Positions 1-14,776 of a DNA stretch of 64,000 nucleotides are shown piece after piece. The translations under genes were made by a program, and so were the position numbers. Origin of the DNA: Octopus sinensis (lineage: Eukaryota); contig NC_043020.1 in assembly GCF_006345805.1 (NCBI RefSeq), forward strand, positions 2,294,001-2,358,000, given 5' to 3'. The first letter of the stretch is position 1. Each line of letters starts with the position of its first letter. The notes beneath the pieces are model-generated. The model searched no databases. It saw nothing but the letters and a program-made list of their open reading frames with translations, and was not told the DNA's origin.

Positions 1-246
1 GGGACGTAAACACACCAACATTGGGTGTCAAGCGATGTTGGTGAGACAAACACAGACACACACATATATATATATATACATATATACGACAGGCTTCTTT
101 CAGTTTCCATCTACCAAATCCACTCACAAGGCTTTGGTTGGCCCAAAGCTATAGTAGAAGACACTTGCCCAAAGTGCCATGCAGTGGGACTGAACCTGGA
201 ACCATGTGGTTGGTAAGCAAGCTACTTACCACACAGCCACTACTGC
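1..246 (-). mobile_element. tRNA-derived SINE family A (octopus OR-type/CORE-like), partial
   Basis: Reverse complement of the recurrent head gtggctgtgtggtaagtagcttgcttaccaaccacatggttccaggttcagtcccactg (A/B-box-like), followed by the family body. Confidence 0.8.
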
Positions 247-541
247 ACATACCCATTTTTCCATCTTCAGTCACATTGTCGTTTACATTAATGTATTTGG
301 ATATGAAATGTAACCAAGTTAGAACTAGCTAAAATTTCAACAGAAAATCTGTAGAGATTGCCTTAACATGTGATTTAATAGCACTGCTAACACAGGAAGA
401 CACAGTATTTATAGCACTGCTAACACAGGAAAAGACAGCATTGACTTACAAGCCATTTAATATACCTTGCAGTGTATTATGGTTACATAACAAAATATGG
501 TGTCCCTAAAAGTCATTCTCAAAATATAAAGGTAAACTCAC

Positions 542-720
542 TGTGATTCTGTAATCTGTCACTCGTCCACCACTGCCCTCACTGATGGAGGGAGGGTCTT
601 CCAATATTGACCGGCATATCGAGAGGGTGTGGATGAAGATTTCACCTCCATGACTGGCCAACATATGAGATATGACCTTTGTACCTGACTTTCGTGGTTG
701 TTCTAACATCACAGCACGCC
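542..720 (-). CDS. INTS13: INTS13 internal exon ([60 protein letters not shown]), 179 bp
   Basis: Acceptor ctcttttatttcag|GGCGTG, donor CACA|gtgagt. Near-identical to recalled human [31 protein letters not shown]...[22 protein letters not shown]. Confidence 0.96.
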
Positions 721-749
721 CTGAAATAAAAGAGACGATACAGAGTACA

Positions 750-825
750 GATGGTAAAAAGAGCATAACCGATGGTTAAAAAAAGCATAACCGATGGTTA
801 AAAAGTGCATAACCGATGGTAAAAA
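750..825. repeat. ~22 bp minisatellite x ~3.5 next to the exon acceptor
   Basis: gatggt(t)aaaaa(a)ggcataacc-like unit repeated. Confidence 0.8.
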
Positions 826-1325
826 TAAGAGTGACTGAACAAAGGAAGATTAAAGTGTGTATGTGTATATGTGTATACATGACAAATATTCTAGACATGG
901 GTGTTGCCTGTGGCAGGGCAGACCTGGACCGTACTGTAGACACATATTGTGTGGGAAAATTATAATGTCATACCTGTAATCATGAAAAAAGGAGGAACAG
1001 GATGAAACTTAAAAGCATAATGAAAAAAGAGAGGAGAAAAAAAATTAATGAAAATTTTTTAAAAACTTAAAATAACTGAACGATACAACAAAGGACACAT
1101 ATACACATATATATGCATATAGATTTATATATGTCTAAATACATATATTCACACACACATACATACATACATACATACATACACATATATACACAAACAA
1201 TAACATATCTGTGTATATATGTGTACACATATAAATTTACATACTTATATTAATATGCAATTTTTTATAATGTACGTAAGGATGTGTGTGTGTATGTGTG
1301 TGTGTATGTGTGTGTGCATGTGTAA

Positions 1326-1357
<32 letters not shown>

Positions 1358-3120
1358 ACACATATATACACACTGATGTACATGTGAATGGATGTTTGCA
1401 GATGTATGCATGCACATCTGTGTGTGTATTTGTGTGTGAGTGATAGTGTGTACGATGTGTATAGATGTATGTGTGTATGTACATATCTGTGTACACATAC
1501 ATACACAAACACACAGTTTGAAGAACATGTTATGTATGTATTTATATGTCTGTGAATCTACATAAGCATGTGGTCTTGTATGTAGTGTGTGTGTGTGTAT
1601 GTGTGTGTGTGTGTGTGTGTGTGCTGTGTACAGGTGGACATATGTGTGCAGTGTCGCTTTATCATTTCATATTTTTATTTTTCAATAGGAAAAGATTTAA
1701 TATAAGTTTTTCTCTTTCCTCTTTTCATTCATTTTTTTCCTTCGTTTCATTCTAATTTTTACATTCCCAACTTATTTCATTCCAAGACATGAAGTTTTCT
1801 TCATTATTTCAATTTCTCTAAATAACAGTTTTTCACAGCAATTCTTTATAAATACTGCCCAATTTGTTCTGCCAGAGGAAACATATTTTTATCTTTATTT
1901 TTTATCTTTTACTTGTTTCAGTCACTGGATTGTGGCCTTGCTGGAGCAATGCCTTGGAAGGCTTCGTAAAACAAATCAACCCCAGTACTTTTTTCAAGTC
2001 TTTACGACTTTACTGAATGTAGACTGGATGATGGTACTCTATACACATTTGTCTTTTTCTCTATCCAAAGACATCTGGAATTTAAAAGGCAACAACATAC
2101 TGCAACTATAAAATGGGAAATAATAAACTATGCAATGTCATACATAAAGGGTTCTTAAATCTGCCCTTTACGTACTAGAGAAAATTTCTACGTAACCACA
2201 CAAAACACACAAGAGAAATGAAATCTTGTCAGGCTGCAGACACCAAAACACATTTATCTTTAAGAAATGGTTTTAATGCCTAACAGGATAAGAAACTATA
2301 CATCAAGATCACATACACACACGTCTATATGACAAAAAACTTTCTCCTCAGATTAAAAAGAAGTAGTTAATGATTGCTAAATGTTGAGATATAATTAATA
2401 TGATGTTGTGTGTGTATGTGTGTGTGTGTAAACAAATTTAGAATCCCTGTGAATACTGTTTTGAAAATAAATATGAATTATAATTTGTCTCTAAATAAAT
2501 TTATCTTTCTTTAGTAATTAAACCCATGTTTGGGATACAGCTTATCCCAAAGACAAATGTTTGCCAAATAAAATCTTGTTATCTTTCAGGTAATAACAAA
2601 ATTTTCATTTGGGATTTAAAATCTAAGCAAATATCAAACATTGAATTATCAACACAGGTGCTCTGATGAGGGGCCGTAGTTTAATGGTTAGGCTGTTACA
2701 CTCACAGGAGTAAGAGTGTGAGTTTAACCTTTGATGACAGAGGGTTGAGATATGTGGTGCATTGCTGTACTCGAGAAGACCTGCCCACCACAACAGAATT
2801 GAGATCCTAAAACCAAGGTGCCATGTAAAAAGCACTGGTGCTGGTGATGATGATGATGTGATGACGACGATGATGATGGTGATGATGATGAAGCCAATTA
2901 TAACAACAATGATGATAACGATAATGATGATGATGGTGGTGGTGGTGAGGAGGAGGAGGAAGAAGAGGAGGAGGGGAGAAGGAGGGCTTTGATCAACTGA
3001 GGCTACAGTAAAAGACAGTTATCCAAGATGCCATGCAGAGGAACTGAACCCAGAAACTCATGATTACAGAGTAAATGTCTTAACCATTCAGTCATACTGC
3101 ACCCAACCCCTGCATATAAA

Positions 3121-3156
<36 letters not shown>

Positions 3157-5166
3157 CTCATAAGGCATTAGTTGGCTTAGGGCTATGGTAGAAGACTCTT
3201 GCGTGAGGGGCCATGCAGTGGGATTGAACACAGAACCATATGGCTTAGAGACACACCCATGCTTTCTCACACAAACACACACACACACACACACATGCGT
3301 ACACACACACACTCAGCCTATCTCATAAACTACTGCAAATAAACAGACATACATTCTTACACACTGCAACCCACATGAGAGTCCACACACGACTTCCCCA
3401 TCCATTGCTGAAATCCCAACGTCCCCAGCCTACAACCTGAAAATAGATTGGACAAACCTTGGATTGATCTATTGAGCTCGTTAATGTCAACAACAATGTA
3501 ATTGCGAACAAGGTAATTACAAGACAATCAAATAAGACAAACACACACACACACATGTACAAATAGAAGCACGTATACACACAAATGGACAAAGATATGC
3601 ACATATGCATATGTACAGGCACACATACATCAGCATCATTTAACATCCGTTTTCCATGCTGGCATGGATATATATATACACACATACATATATTGTACTC
3701 ACACACACCTAAATACATAGATACATAGACAAATGTATATGCATACACACACATGCACACACCACATGCATATATACAAACATGCACATATCACATCATC
3801 GGCGTTTAACGTCTGCTTTCCATGCTGGCATGGGTTGGACGGTTTCCCTGAGGATGGCAAGTCAGATGGTTACACCAGGCAAAGGTTTCTACAGCTTGAT
3901 AGCCTTCCTAACGCCAACCAGCTGTAGAAACCTTGCTAGATCAGATTGGGGTCTGGCCAGTTCTTGCCATGGGGCCTGGTGCAGCCTCCTGGCCAGTCCT
4001 CAGTCAAACCATCCAACCCATGCCAGCATGGAAAGCAAACGTTAAACAATGATAATGATGACATATATACAAACACACAGGTGCTTACATAAATAGATGC
4101 ATGCAAATAAGTACTTACACACACACACACACGAGATGCATTGGTATGTCTCTCAATATTGGGTGAGAATACAAAAAGCTACACAAAACTATACAAGATT
4201 TTGCGATAAATAAATAAATATACAGATCATCATTGATAATACCTATTTTACTTTTTGCGAGACTTAATTAATTTACAGATGTAAAATTGTCTTAATGCTC
4301 TTTCGGTGTTACAAAATGTTTGCATGGGACAACCTTCATGGCAAGGTTTTTTTAGCCTCACTGCTAATTACATTATAATTGGCGGGGTTCTTTCTGGTTA
4401 TGTTTTGGCTATGTTATCGAACAGCAGATGGAGCATTATAGGTAAGGTCCACAAATACAGAAGATGGGGCAGTTAACATGATCCCTGCATCACTGGAAAA
4501 ACTAAACATCATAACATCAACAGCGAACATTTTAAACATTAGGAAAGAAACTTTCTACCACAAAATTTCAAGTATGAGACCCCTTCCCCCATCTGCTTGG
4601 CCACCCCTCCAATCTGGATAAGTTGTTCTCTGGACATTAATTATATGCCTTATGTGAACACTATACATAAATTACACATGCCTCCCCCCCCATCATAAAC
4701 TTATGCAGGATTCCATCATTTCACAGATATATGTTAATTCATGACATCAATGTGACAGCATACTTATGAATTCACAACCCAATGTATTTACACGTACATG
4801 TGTATTTATACTTATATTAATAAATTTGGATATGTACAAGCTTTGTCACATAAAATGATTACAGAATTAATCCATTACAAAGATCACAGAGTTAACACAA
4901 AGGTGACAACAATTAAAATATTCCCTATAAGTCACCTCCCATGATCTGTATATTTATTTATCCCAAAAATGCCATACAGTCTCGTGTAATTTTGGGCATT
5001 CTCAACGAAGATGGAGGCACATGTCAGTGTTCTACTGGGACAGGTTTCATAATCGTTGAGAGATTTCTCTCTGCACAAAACCATTGGTAGCCTTCTTAAC
5101 CCCCAAATAAAGAATCTTCATCCACCAGTTTGGTGCTAAGCACTGATTCTCATTGTTCAATATCTA

Positions 5167-5222
<56 letters not shown>

Positions 5223-5373
5223 ATCGTGACGTATTTTTGCCATTTCAATATGGCTAACCCCTAAGGGTGGATGCTACTGTAGTTTTTAGCCCCAGGAGGA
5301 CACACTCCTCCAGCTGGCCATATGGCTAACCTTAGGGGTTAGCCATATTGAAATGGCAAAAATACGTCACGAT
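5223..5373. repeat. Perfect ~44 bp inverted repeat with ~63 bp spacer
   Basis: atcgtgacgtatttttgccatttcaatatggctaacccctaagg / ccttaggggttagccatattgaaatggcaaaaatacgtcacgat. Confidence 0.9.
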
Positions 5374-5415
5374 GTGTTACCGCTACTGTATATAACTCAC
5401 TTTGATATTTATCAT

Positions 5416-5447
<32 letters not shown>

Positions 5448-5479
5448 ACATACATATATATATATAATTATATGCACAC

Positions 5480-7803
5480 ACACACACACACACACACACA
5501 TGCAGTGCATGTTACAGATCCTCTCCTCATCCTCTCCGTGCCCCTCCCCCACACACACTCACAGATCGAAAGATCAATGACATTCTTTGGCAGTAAACTG
5601 GTGTTAACAGGGAATGGTGGGGGCGGGGCAGGCGTGAAGCGGGAGACACTACGTAAATCAGCATTTCTCACTACTTCCACCACAACCACCACCACCACAA
5701 TCATAACCATCAACCCCCATCACCATCATCATCATCATCATCACCATCATCACCATCATCATCATCACCATCATCAGCAGCAGCATCATCACCATCATCA
5801 TCATCATCACCATCATCATCATCACCATCATCAGCAGCAGCATCATTACTGTTACCACCACCACCATCACCATCATCATCATCATTATCATCATCATCAT
5901 CATCATCATCAAGGCCAGTACCACAACTACCACCGCAATCACCACCACCACTACTACTGCTACTACCACCACCACCATCACAATCACAATCATTATTACA
6001 ACCACCACCAGACCATCATCAACATCATCATCATCATCATCAAGGCCAACACCTCAGAAAACTTAAATCACCATCATCCTTAACCCTCGCCACCCCTGCA
6101 CACCATCTACCATCTATATAACCATCACTACCACTAAACCTACCACAACCATCATGACCACCATCAATGCCAACACCTCAACCATCCTAATGCCACCATC
6201 CCCACCACTGCCACTCCTCCTCCCCCTACTACTGCTACTACTACTACAACTACTACTACTACTGCATATAAACCACTACAACCAACACATAAACACCTCC
6301 GGTGCAAACACCATCGGCACAACCGCTCAGTCCCCCATCAGCAGAATACAAACACCACCGCCGCGACCACCACTACCACCACCACCAATACCATGTTTAC
6401 ACCCACCACCACCTCAAACACCAAAACAGCCACAACCAGCATGCCGTCACCACCACCACCAACAACAACAACAACAACCACCACCACCACCATTGTCTTC
6501 CTTTCTGTCCACCAATACTAATATCAATATCAATTCTTTATATTGATTTCAAAAATGTAAAATAACACATCCATACGCATACATACAGAGAGATGCAGAT
6601 AACATACATTTGCACACACACACACATACAACATGTGTATAACACACACACACACACACATGCAGTGCATGTTACAGATCCTCTCCTCATCCTCTCCGTG
6701 CCCCTCCCCCACACACACTCACAGATCGAAAGATCAATGACATTCTTTGGCAGTAAACTGGTGTTAACAGGGAATGGTGGGGGCGGGGCAGGCGTGAGCG
6801 GGAGACACTACGTAAATCAGCATTTCTCACTACTTCCACCACAACCACCACCACCACAATCATAACCATCAACCCCCATCACCATCATCATCATCATCAT
6901 CACCATCATCACCATCATCATCATCACCATCATCAGCAGCAGCATCATCACCATCATCATCATCATCATCACCATCATCATCATCACCATCATCAGCAGC
7001 AGCATCATTACTGTTACCACCACCACCATCACCATCATCATCATCACATCATCATCATCATCATCATCATCAAGGCCAGTACCACAACTACCACCGCAAT
7101 CACCACCACCACTACTACTGCTACTACCACCACCACCATCACACAATCACAATCATTATTACAACCACCACCAGACCATCATCAACATCATCATCATCAT
7201 CATCAAGGCCAACACCTCAGAAAACTTAAATCACCATCATCCTTAACCCTCGCCACCCCTGCACACCATCTACCATCTATATACCATCACTACCACTAAA
7301 CCTACCACAACCATCATGACCACCATCAATGCCAACACCTCAACCATCCTAATGCCACCATCCCCACCACTGCCACTCCTCCTCCCCCTACTACTGCTAC
7401 TACTACTACAACTACTACTACTACTGCATATAAACCACTACAACCAACACATAAACACCTCCGGTGCAAACACCATCGGCACAACCGCTCAGTCCCCCAT
7501 CAGCAGAATACAAACACCACCGCCGCGACCACCACTACCACCACCACCAATACCATGTTTACACCCACCACCACCTCAAACACCAAAACAGCCACAACCA
7601 GCATGCCGTCACCACCACCACCAACAACAACAACAACAACCACCACCACCACCATTGTCTTCCTTTCTGTCCACCAATACTAATATCAATATCAATTCTT
7701 TATATTGATTTCAAAAATGTAAAATAACACATCCATACGCATACATACAGAGAGATGCAGATAACATACATTTGCACACACACACACATACAACATGTGT
7801 ATA
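5480..7803. repeat. ~1.16 kb near-perfect tandem duplication of a (CAT/CAC)n-rich segment
   Basis: 5501 matches 6661; identical ORFs at 6154 and 7316; junction falls in (CA)n. Confidence 0.92.
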
Positions 7804-9013
7804 CACACACACACACACACACATGCTATGTGTATACAGACACACACACATAATAAGTCTGTGTGCATGCTTATGTGTATGTGTCTGTATACACATTGCA
7901 TGTGTGTGTATACACATTGTATGTGTGTGTGTGTGTGTGCAAATGTGTAAATACACACACAAACATGCACATGTATATGCACACACATACCTATACACAT
8001 ATATATATGCACACACTCACACACACATGGCAGTGTAGATGTACGTATGTATGTAACTTACACGTATGTTACATATCTGTTTGCATGTACACACACACAC
8101 ACAGACAGGCACACACACACAGACAGGCACACACACACCACACACACAAATACAAATACAAACAGAGAGAGACAAGACCATAAGGAAACAAGCATCAGAT
8201 GTATGTTGAATGCAGAAAGAGAGCAAGGCGGAGAGCAAACAGCCAACAGCGAAGAGCAAACAGCAGAGTGAAGTGTTGACGAGGATCAATGCCAAAGCGA
8301 AAAGGCAGAGGCCAAGAACACAAGAAACAATAGCGCTTCGTGTCTTTCAATTGTGCCAAAATAGAACACAAGAGAAACTCAAAGATATCTTATTAAAATC
8401 GAGGAGGCGGGGGGAGAGAAAGTGTGACGGTGAGTGCAGAAGAGAAGAGAAGTGTGTTCGGAGCAACGGAAGAATTAGAGCAAGGTTGAGGATTCTGAAG
8501 TTTATTGGAAAGTTTTGGTTGCTAAGGTGCGTCTCTGACTGGCACTTTGGCAATGTGGGTTGCTTGCCGTTTAACCCCCGGTCATTTATGGAGACATAAC
8601 AGGGACTTATAATCAAAAGGTGACGCCAATGATAAACACCCGAGTCTTTTGTTGTTGTTTTTTTTTCTATTATCTTGGGTACATTGTGTTGTGCAATGTA
8701 ACATTATTCCTTTCTGGAAAAGGTGGTACGAAGCTTGAGGGAGATTTTGCTGTTATTTCTAATAGGTCAAGGCTACATTATGAATTATCAACAGCAGAAA
8801 ATAAAATTCACAACAGAAATAAGTAAAATGAAGGACATTATCAAAGGGCCATTTAAACTTCAAGTAGTCTGGATGGTTCCTTAAAACCGGGACATTGTTT
8901 ACTGTGATACCATTTCTCTGAGAAAATGGTAGCACGAATCTTGAGAATGATTTGGCTGCTATTTCTAATAGGTATAGCAACTATATCAAGACTTTGTTAC
9001 AATTATCTTTAGA

Positions 9014-9302
9014 GTGGAGGCACATGGCCTAGTGGTTAGAGCAGCGGTCGAGGGATCGCGGGTTCGAATCTCAGACCAGGTGATGTGTGTGTTTATGAGT
9101 GAAACACCTAAGCTCCATGCGGCTCCGGCAGAAGGTAGTGGCAAAACTTCTGCTGACTCTTTCGCCACAACTTTCTCTCTGCATCTTGCAGCTCACCTGC
9201 GATGGACCGGCGTCCTGTCCAGGTGGGGAACCTATACACCAAGAAGCCGGGAAACCGGCCCTTATGAGCCAGGCATGGCTCGAGAAGGAACAAACAACAA
9301 CA
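9014..9302 (+). mobile_element. tRNA-derived SINE, distinct family with (AAC)n tail
   Basis: A box tggcctagtgg, B box ggttcgaatc, internal cctgcgatggaccggcgtcctgtccagg (reminiscent of a V-SINE/Mermaid-type segment), tail aacaaacaacaac. Confidence 0.75.
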
Positions 9303-10122
9303 AAAATTATCTTCAGCAAAGAATGAGTTCACAACAAAAATAAATAAACAAAAGCCAGAAATATATTACAGGTGTGGTGCAGAAGGAGGTCATCAGAAGA
9401 TCATTTAACCATTTAGCATTAAAACTGACCATATCCGGCCAAAGTATTTTACTTGTTTTATGCTCAACATGACCAAATCTGGCCTTTCACACAGTTACCT
9501 CATTAACAGTTACCTCATCAAAATCTCAAAACTAGAAAATAATGTATGATTAATTCAAATCAATGTGAATAAATAAGCATTACATAGGACAGGATAAGGG
9601 TTTGCCCAATGTGCCACGCAGTGGGACTGAACCTGAAACCATGTGGTTGGGAAGCAAACTTCTTACCACACAGCCACACCTATGTAAGTATGTATGTGTA
9701 TATACATATGGAGTGGGAAAGAGATGGGGGGTGGGGATTTCAAACAACACACAACAATATCAAAAACAACAACAGCATCACAACAACACTTCAGAGGAAA
9801 TCAATACTTCCATATTCAAAACATTCATATTAGAATTATTGGAATATAATTTTCTAAGAAAATGCAGAAAAAATATAAATACAAATAAATAAAAATGGAG
9901 TGGGAGAGAGAGAGAGAGGGAGAGAGAGAAGCTGTAGTGCTTAGTCTGGTAAATAGCATTTTACACCACAGACACAAAAACTACACTACAGCAGTTTGAC
10001 TTTTGAAGAAAAAAATTCTGTACGTGTATATATATACATACATATACATACATATATACATTACATATACATACATATATACATACATATATACATACAT
10101 ACATTATATATATATATAATCA

Positions 10123-10187
<65 letters not shown>

Positions 10188-10947
10188 CATATATATGTAT
10201 GTATGTATGTGTGTGTAATATATATATATATATATACATACATACTACATACATACATACATACATATATATGTATGTACATATATATATACATATATAT
10301 ACATGTGTGTATATATATGTATATATATACATGTGTTTGTGTATATCTCTATATGTGTATGTGTGTGTATGTATAAAAATACATATATGTTGTGTGTGTG
10401 TGTGTGTATAGATATATGCATGCATGTACATGTATACATGTATGTATGTATGTATGTACATATATGTATGTACATGTATGCATTTGTATGTTATTTCGGT
10501 TGTCAATTTAGAAGCAGTGTTTATTCCTAATAACAAATAAACGTTACTTTGAAATGAACAATTTTTGGCAACCAATGAAATTATTTAAGAAATTGGTCTA
10601 CATGTTGCCTATTCACTGTGTGTTTAGGTGCATGGACGTCCATGTGTGTGTTCATGTAGAAGTGCAACACACTAGCACACTTGCCCTATATACACACCCA
10701 AGCACACACATAATAAATGTATATGTGTGTATAATATGTATGTATATATGTATGTATGTATATGCAGGCACATACATACATGAGTGTGTGTATGTTTATG
10801 CACATGTATATACATACACATACACACACACATATATATATATATATATTGGGAGAGAGAGAGAGTGTGTGTGTGAGGGAGAAAGGGACACAGATAGGTC
10901 CATATATACAAGTGTATATACATATATTTAAACGCATGTATACATGC

Positions 10948-10990
<43 letters not shown>

Positions 10991-10998
10991 TACATACG

Positions 10999-11030
<32 letters not shown>

Positions 11031-11759
11031 TTTACATATGTATATACTCTCATACACACACACATTTACAGACTTATACACACACATGTATAATATAATA
11101 TAAATGTATGAAAATATGACTTTTTAAAACAAAACATGAACAAAAAAAATGGATGCTAGATCACTTTCCTTTGTTGTTGCTGTTCTTATTGTTGAAGCTT
11201 TTTGTAGTTGTTGTGTCTGAGATATCGGTGATGATGGGGGGGGGGGGCATGATATTAGTGATTTAGTTTGAGCTTGTTTTTATTGTTTCTGTAGTGTTGT
11301 TCTTCCTCACTGTGGCTGCAATTTTTAGCATGTTGGACAAAATTCTTAGCAGCATTTATTTCGCCTGTCCCTTTACATTCTGGGTTCAAATTCTGCCAGG
11401 GTCAACTTTGCTCTACATCCTTTTGGTGGGGGTCAGTAAACTAAGTACCAGTTTGAACACTGGGGCTATTTAATTAATTTGGCCCCTCTCCTCAAACTGC
11501 TGGCCCTGTGCCAAACTTTGAAACCATTAATATTGTTGCTATTTCTAAAGTGGCAAACTGGCAGAATCATTAATTAGCTGGCAAAATGCTTAACAACATA
11601 GGCATAGGAGTGGCTGTGTGGTAAGTAGCTTGCTTACAAACCACATGGTTCTGGGTTCAGTCCCACTACGTGGCATCTTGGGCAGACGTTAAACGATGAT
11701 GATGATGATGATGACCACCACCAACAACAACAATGACAAAGCTGACTTTCTCCAATATT

Positions 11760-12131
11760 AGATTTTGGGGGAGGGGATCAATCAATTACATCAACCCCAG
11801 TATGCAACTGGTACTTAATTTATTGACCCCAAAGGGATGAAAGGCAAAGTTGACCATGGCAGAATTTGGACTCAGAACATAAAGACAGACGAAATACCTA
11901 TTTCTTTACTACCCACAAGGGGCTAGACACAGAGGGGACAAACAAGGACAGACAAATGGATTAAGTCGATTACATTGACCCCAGTGCATAACTGGTACTT
12001 AATTTATCGACCCCGAAAGGATGAAAGGCAAAGTCGACCTCGGCAGAATTTGAACTCAGAATATAAAGACAGATGAAATACCGCTAAGCATTTCACCCAG
12101 TGTGCTAACGATTCTGCCAGCTTGCCGCCTT
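11760..12131 (-). mobile_element. SINE family B, two tandem body units
   Basis: Two copies of ggtacttaatttatcgaccccgaaaggatgaaaggcaaagtcgacc; head ends at cttgccgcctt. Confidence 0.75.
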
Positions 12132-12642
12132 AAAGGCCAAATAATAAACAAGAGACTATTATGACTACCTCATATATCAAGCAAAATTAATTAATTTATT
12201 TAATTAGTTTACAGATGCAGTGACAGCTAATTTCTGGAAGAGAACGAACTCCTGACAATGTACCTAATGCTCAGCTCACTCAACCTGATTTAGTTTCAAA
12301 GCCTAACAGCATCGGTAACTCTGAATACGATGTCACATTTGGCTTTGAATATAGAATTATTTGATTATTGGTGAAGGTTAATAAACAGAAACAGCATCGT
12401 CCAGTTGATCTCTCTTTGATTTTTTTTTGTTTTATCTTGCTCTCCATAACACACCTTTACAACCGCCTCGTTTATCTAGTAAATCTAATTAAGTTAGTTC
12501 ATTAACCTATGGCTGTAGTGACAATTAAAATCTATGGGTGTATTCAAAAGTAATCCTTGGTGCTTACGGAAATATATTTACATGCATATACAGATGCACA
12601 GACAGACAGATAACAAAGAAATTATGAAACATACATAATATA

Positions 12643-12840
12643 TATTGGGTTGTCCGGAAAGTTCTTGCCGATTTATAGCAGCTTACCTTTCGACTTATTT
12701 TAGAACATGATTGAGTCCATAAAATAGGATTTGACTACACCTCCATTTAGAGCACAGTTTAAACTTTCTTTTCGTGGAAGAAGGATTGTGTTCCTATAAA
12801 CTGTGTTAATTCTGTAACCCTTTAAAATGGAAGTTTGCAA
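12643..12840 (+). mobile_element. Mariner-like 5' terminus fragment
   Basis: tattgggttgtccggaaagtt resembles a mariner TIR; ends near a possible start aaaatggaag. Confidence 0.45.
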
Positions 12841-13251
12841 CATAATATGGTGAGGACATCTATTCAGCTTTTTTTAGACGACTTACTATTCATTAATTGC
12901 AGCATTTGTTGCTGTAATAGTAATTGTTGTTGTTCTTGCTGTCTTCGCAACTCAAGCAAACCAGCCAACAAATCTTCCATAATTTTACAATTTTGTAGAC
13001 TGTAAAATTTGCACAAAAACTTGTGAATTTGTTTAATCCTTGAGAGTTTGTTAATTCCTCATTGTCACTATTGTAATCCAATGTCAAACTGTTATAATGT
13101 CCACTCTGCTATAGCAGTGTAGTTAGTTAGACAAACAAGTAAGACACAACTATCTATGACCCTGACTGCTCGACATCACAGTATTTGTAATGACTAGCAC
13201 ATACCACTTGTCATGCGGGAGGGGCATTCTGTTATTACTATTATCCCCCAT

Positions 13252-13315
<64 letters not shown>

Positions 13316-13690
13316 AGATAGATAGATAGATAGATAGATAGAACATATGTCCATGAGTCAGTATGAATACTTGTATGTATATCTGTATGTAGATATACAT
13401 ATGCATGTCATGTTCCTGCATGACAAGATGTTGCTCTTATATGAGATAATCAACACAACAATTCAGTATACTTCATGAAGAGATGTAAAGAGTTTATAGA
13501 GGCCAAGTATGCAAATATAGACATACAATACATTTAGATATACACACACACATGTATAGATTGATAGAGATAAATAAATATATATATATATGTATGTAAG
13601 TGTATGTATATTTACATATATAGATACATATATATATATATATGCATATATACATATATATACATGCATATATACAATATATACATATGC

Positions 13691-13757
<67 letters not shown>

Positions 13758-14211
13758 TATACATACATACACATACATAAGTGCACACACAAAACATATA
13801 TGTACATTATTTATACATACATGTATATACACACACACATATATATATATATTCACACACATAAATACTTCTGCATACAAATGAAATGGCACACAGAGAT
13901 AAATACATAAAAACAAATGCACGCACAAACACACACCCATATGTACACATGCAAATACATACAGATACACACACACAGAAATGCATACATAAATAATATA
14001 CACATTAAATACACACACATACACAAAGGCATTCAAACACAGTCTGACTGTCTCACAAGCACACACATGCACATGCAGATGTGTATACATATGCACACAC
14101 ACACACCTAAATTCACAAACACATATGGTAACACATACATGACTATACATAGACACACACAATCACACACACTCGTATGCAAATACATGTTCACAGTGTG
14201 TATTTCTCTTA

Positions 14212-14246
<35 letters not shown>

Positions 14247-14571
14247 ACACACACTAATACACACAAGCATACACACACACTCACACACATAATCACATAT
14301 ACACACAGATATCAACACTCACATGCACAACATACAAAAACACATACATGCAAATACACATTCACACAGTACCTCACTCTCTCACACACACACCACACAC
14401 CACAGAAAGAAAGAAACACACACACACCACTATATGTACAACACATACATACGCAATACATACACATACAATAAACTGAAACACAAACACACACCCACAA
14501 ACTGAAACATGCAGAAAGAAACACACATTCACGTCTCCCTACCTCTCTCCCTAACCCTCTCCCTCTCACTT

Positions 14572-14615
<44 letters not shown>

Positions 14616-14728
14616 CATGCATACACAGATGCAAATGAGCAAACATGTGCATACATACACGTGTATACACAACATGCACAACGACCATGAGTAGACACAC
14701 ACACACACACACACATTCATTCTCTCCT

Positions 14729-14776
<48 letters not shown>

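Noticed and set aside
2660-2735. ctgatgag plus tRNA-like sequence
   Set aside because: No GAAA partner; looks like a decayed SINE head, and no full cloverleaf is evident.
5472-7727. His/Pro/Gln-rich ORFs (up to 203 aa)
   Set aside because: Translations of (CAT/CAC/CAA)n tracts. The duplicate copy is frameshifted and no domain or splice structure is evident.
9014-9080. Possible tRNA gene
   Set aside because: A/B boxes are present but the anticodon arm is truncated and it continues into a SINE body and tail.
12210-12365. Possible plus-strand nested exon (LISGRERTPDNVPNAQ...)
   Set aside because: The best acceptor leads to stops, there is no recognisable homology, and no partner exons were found.
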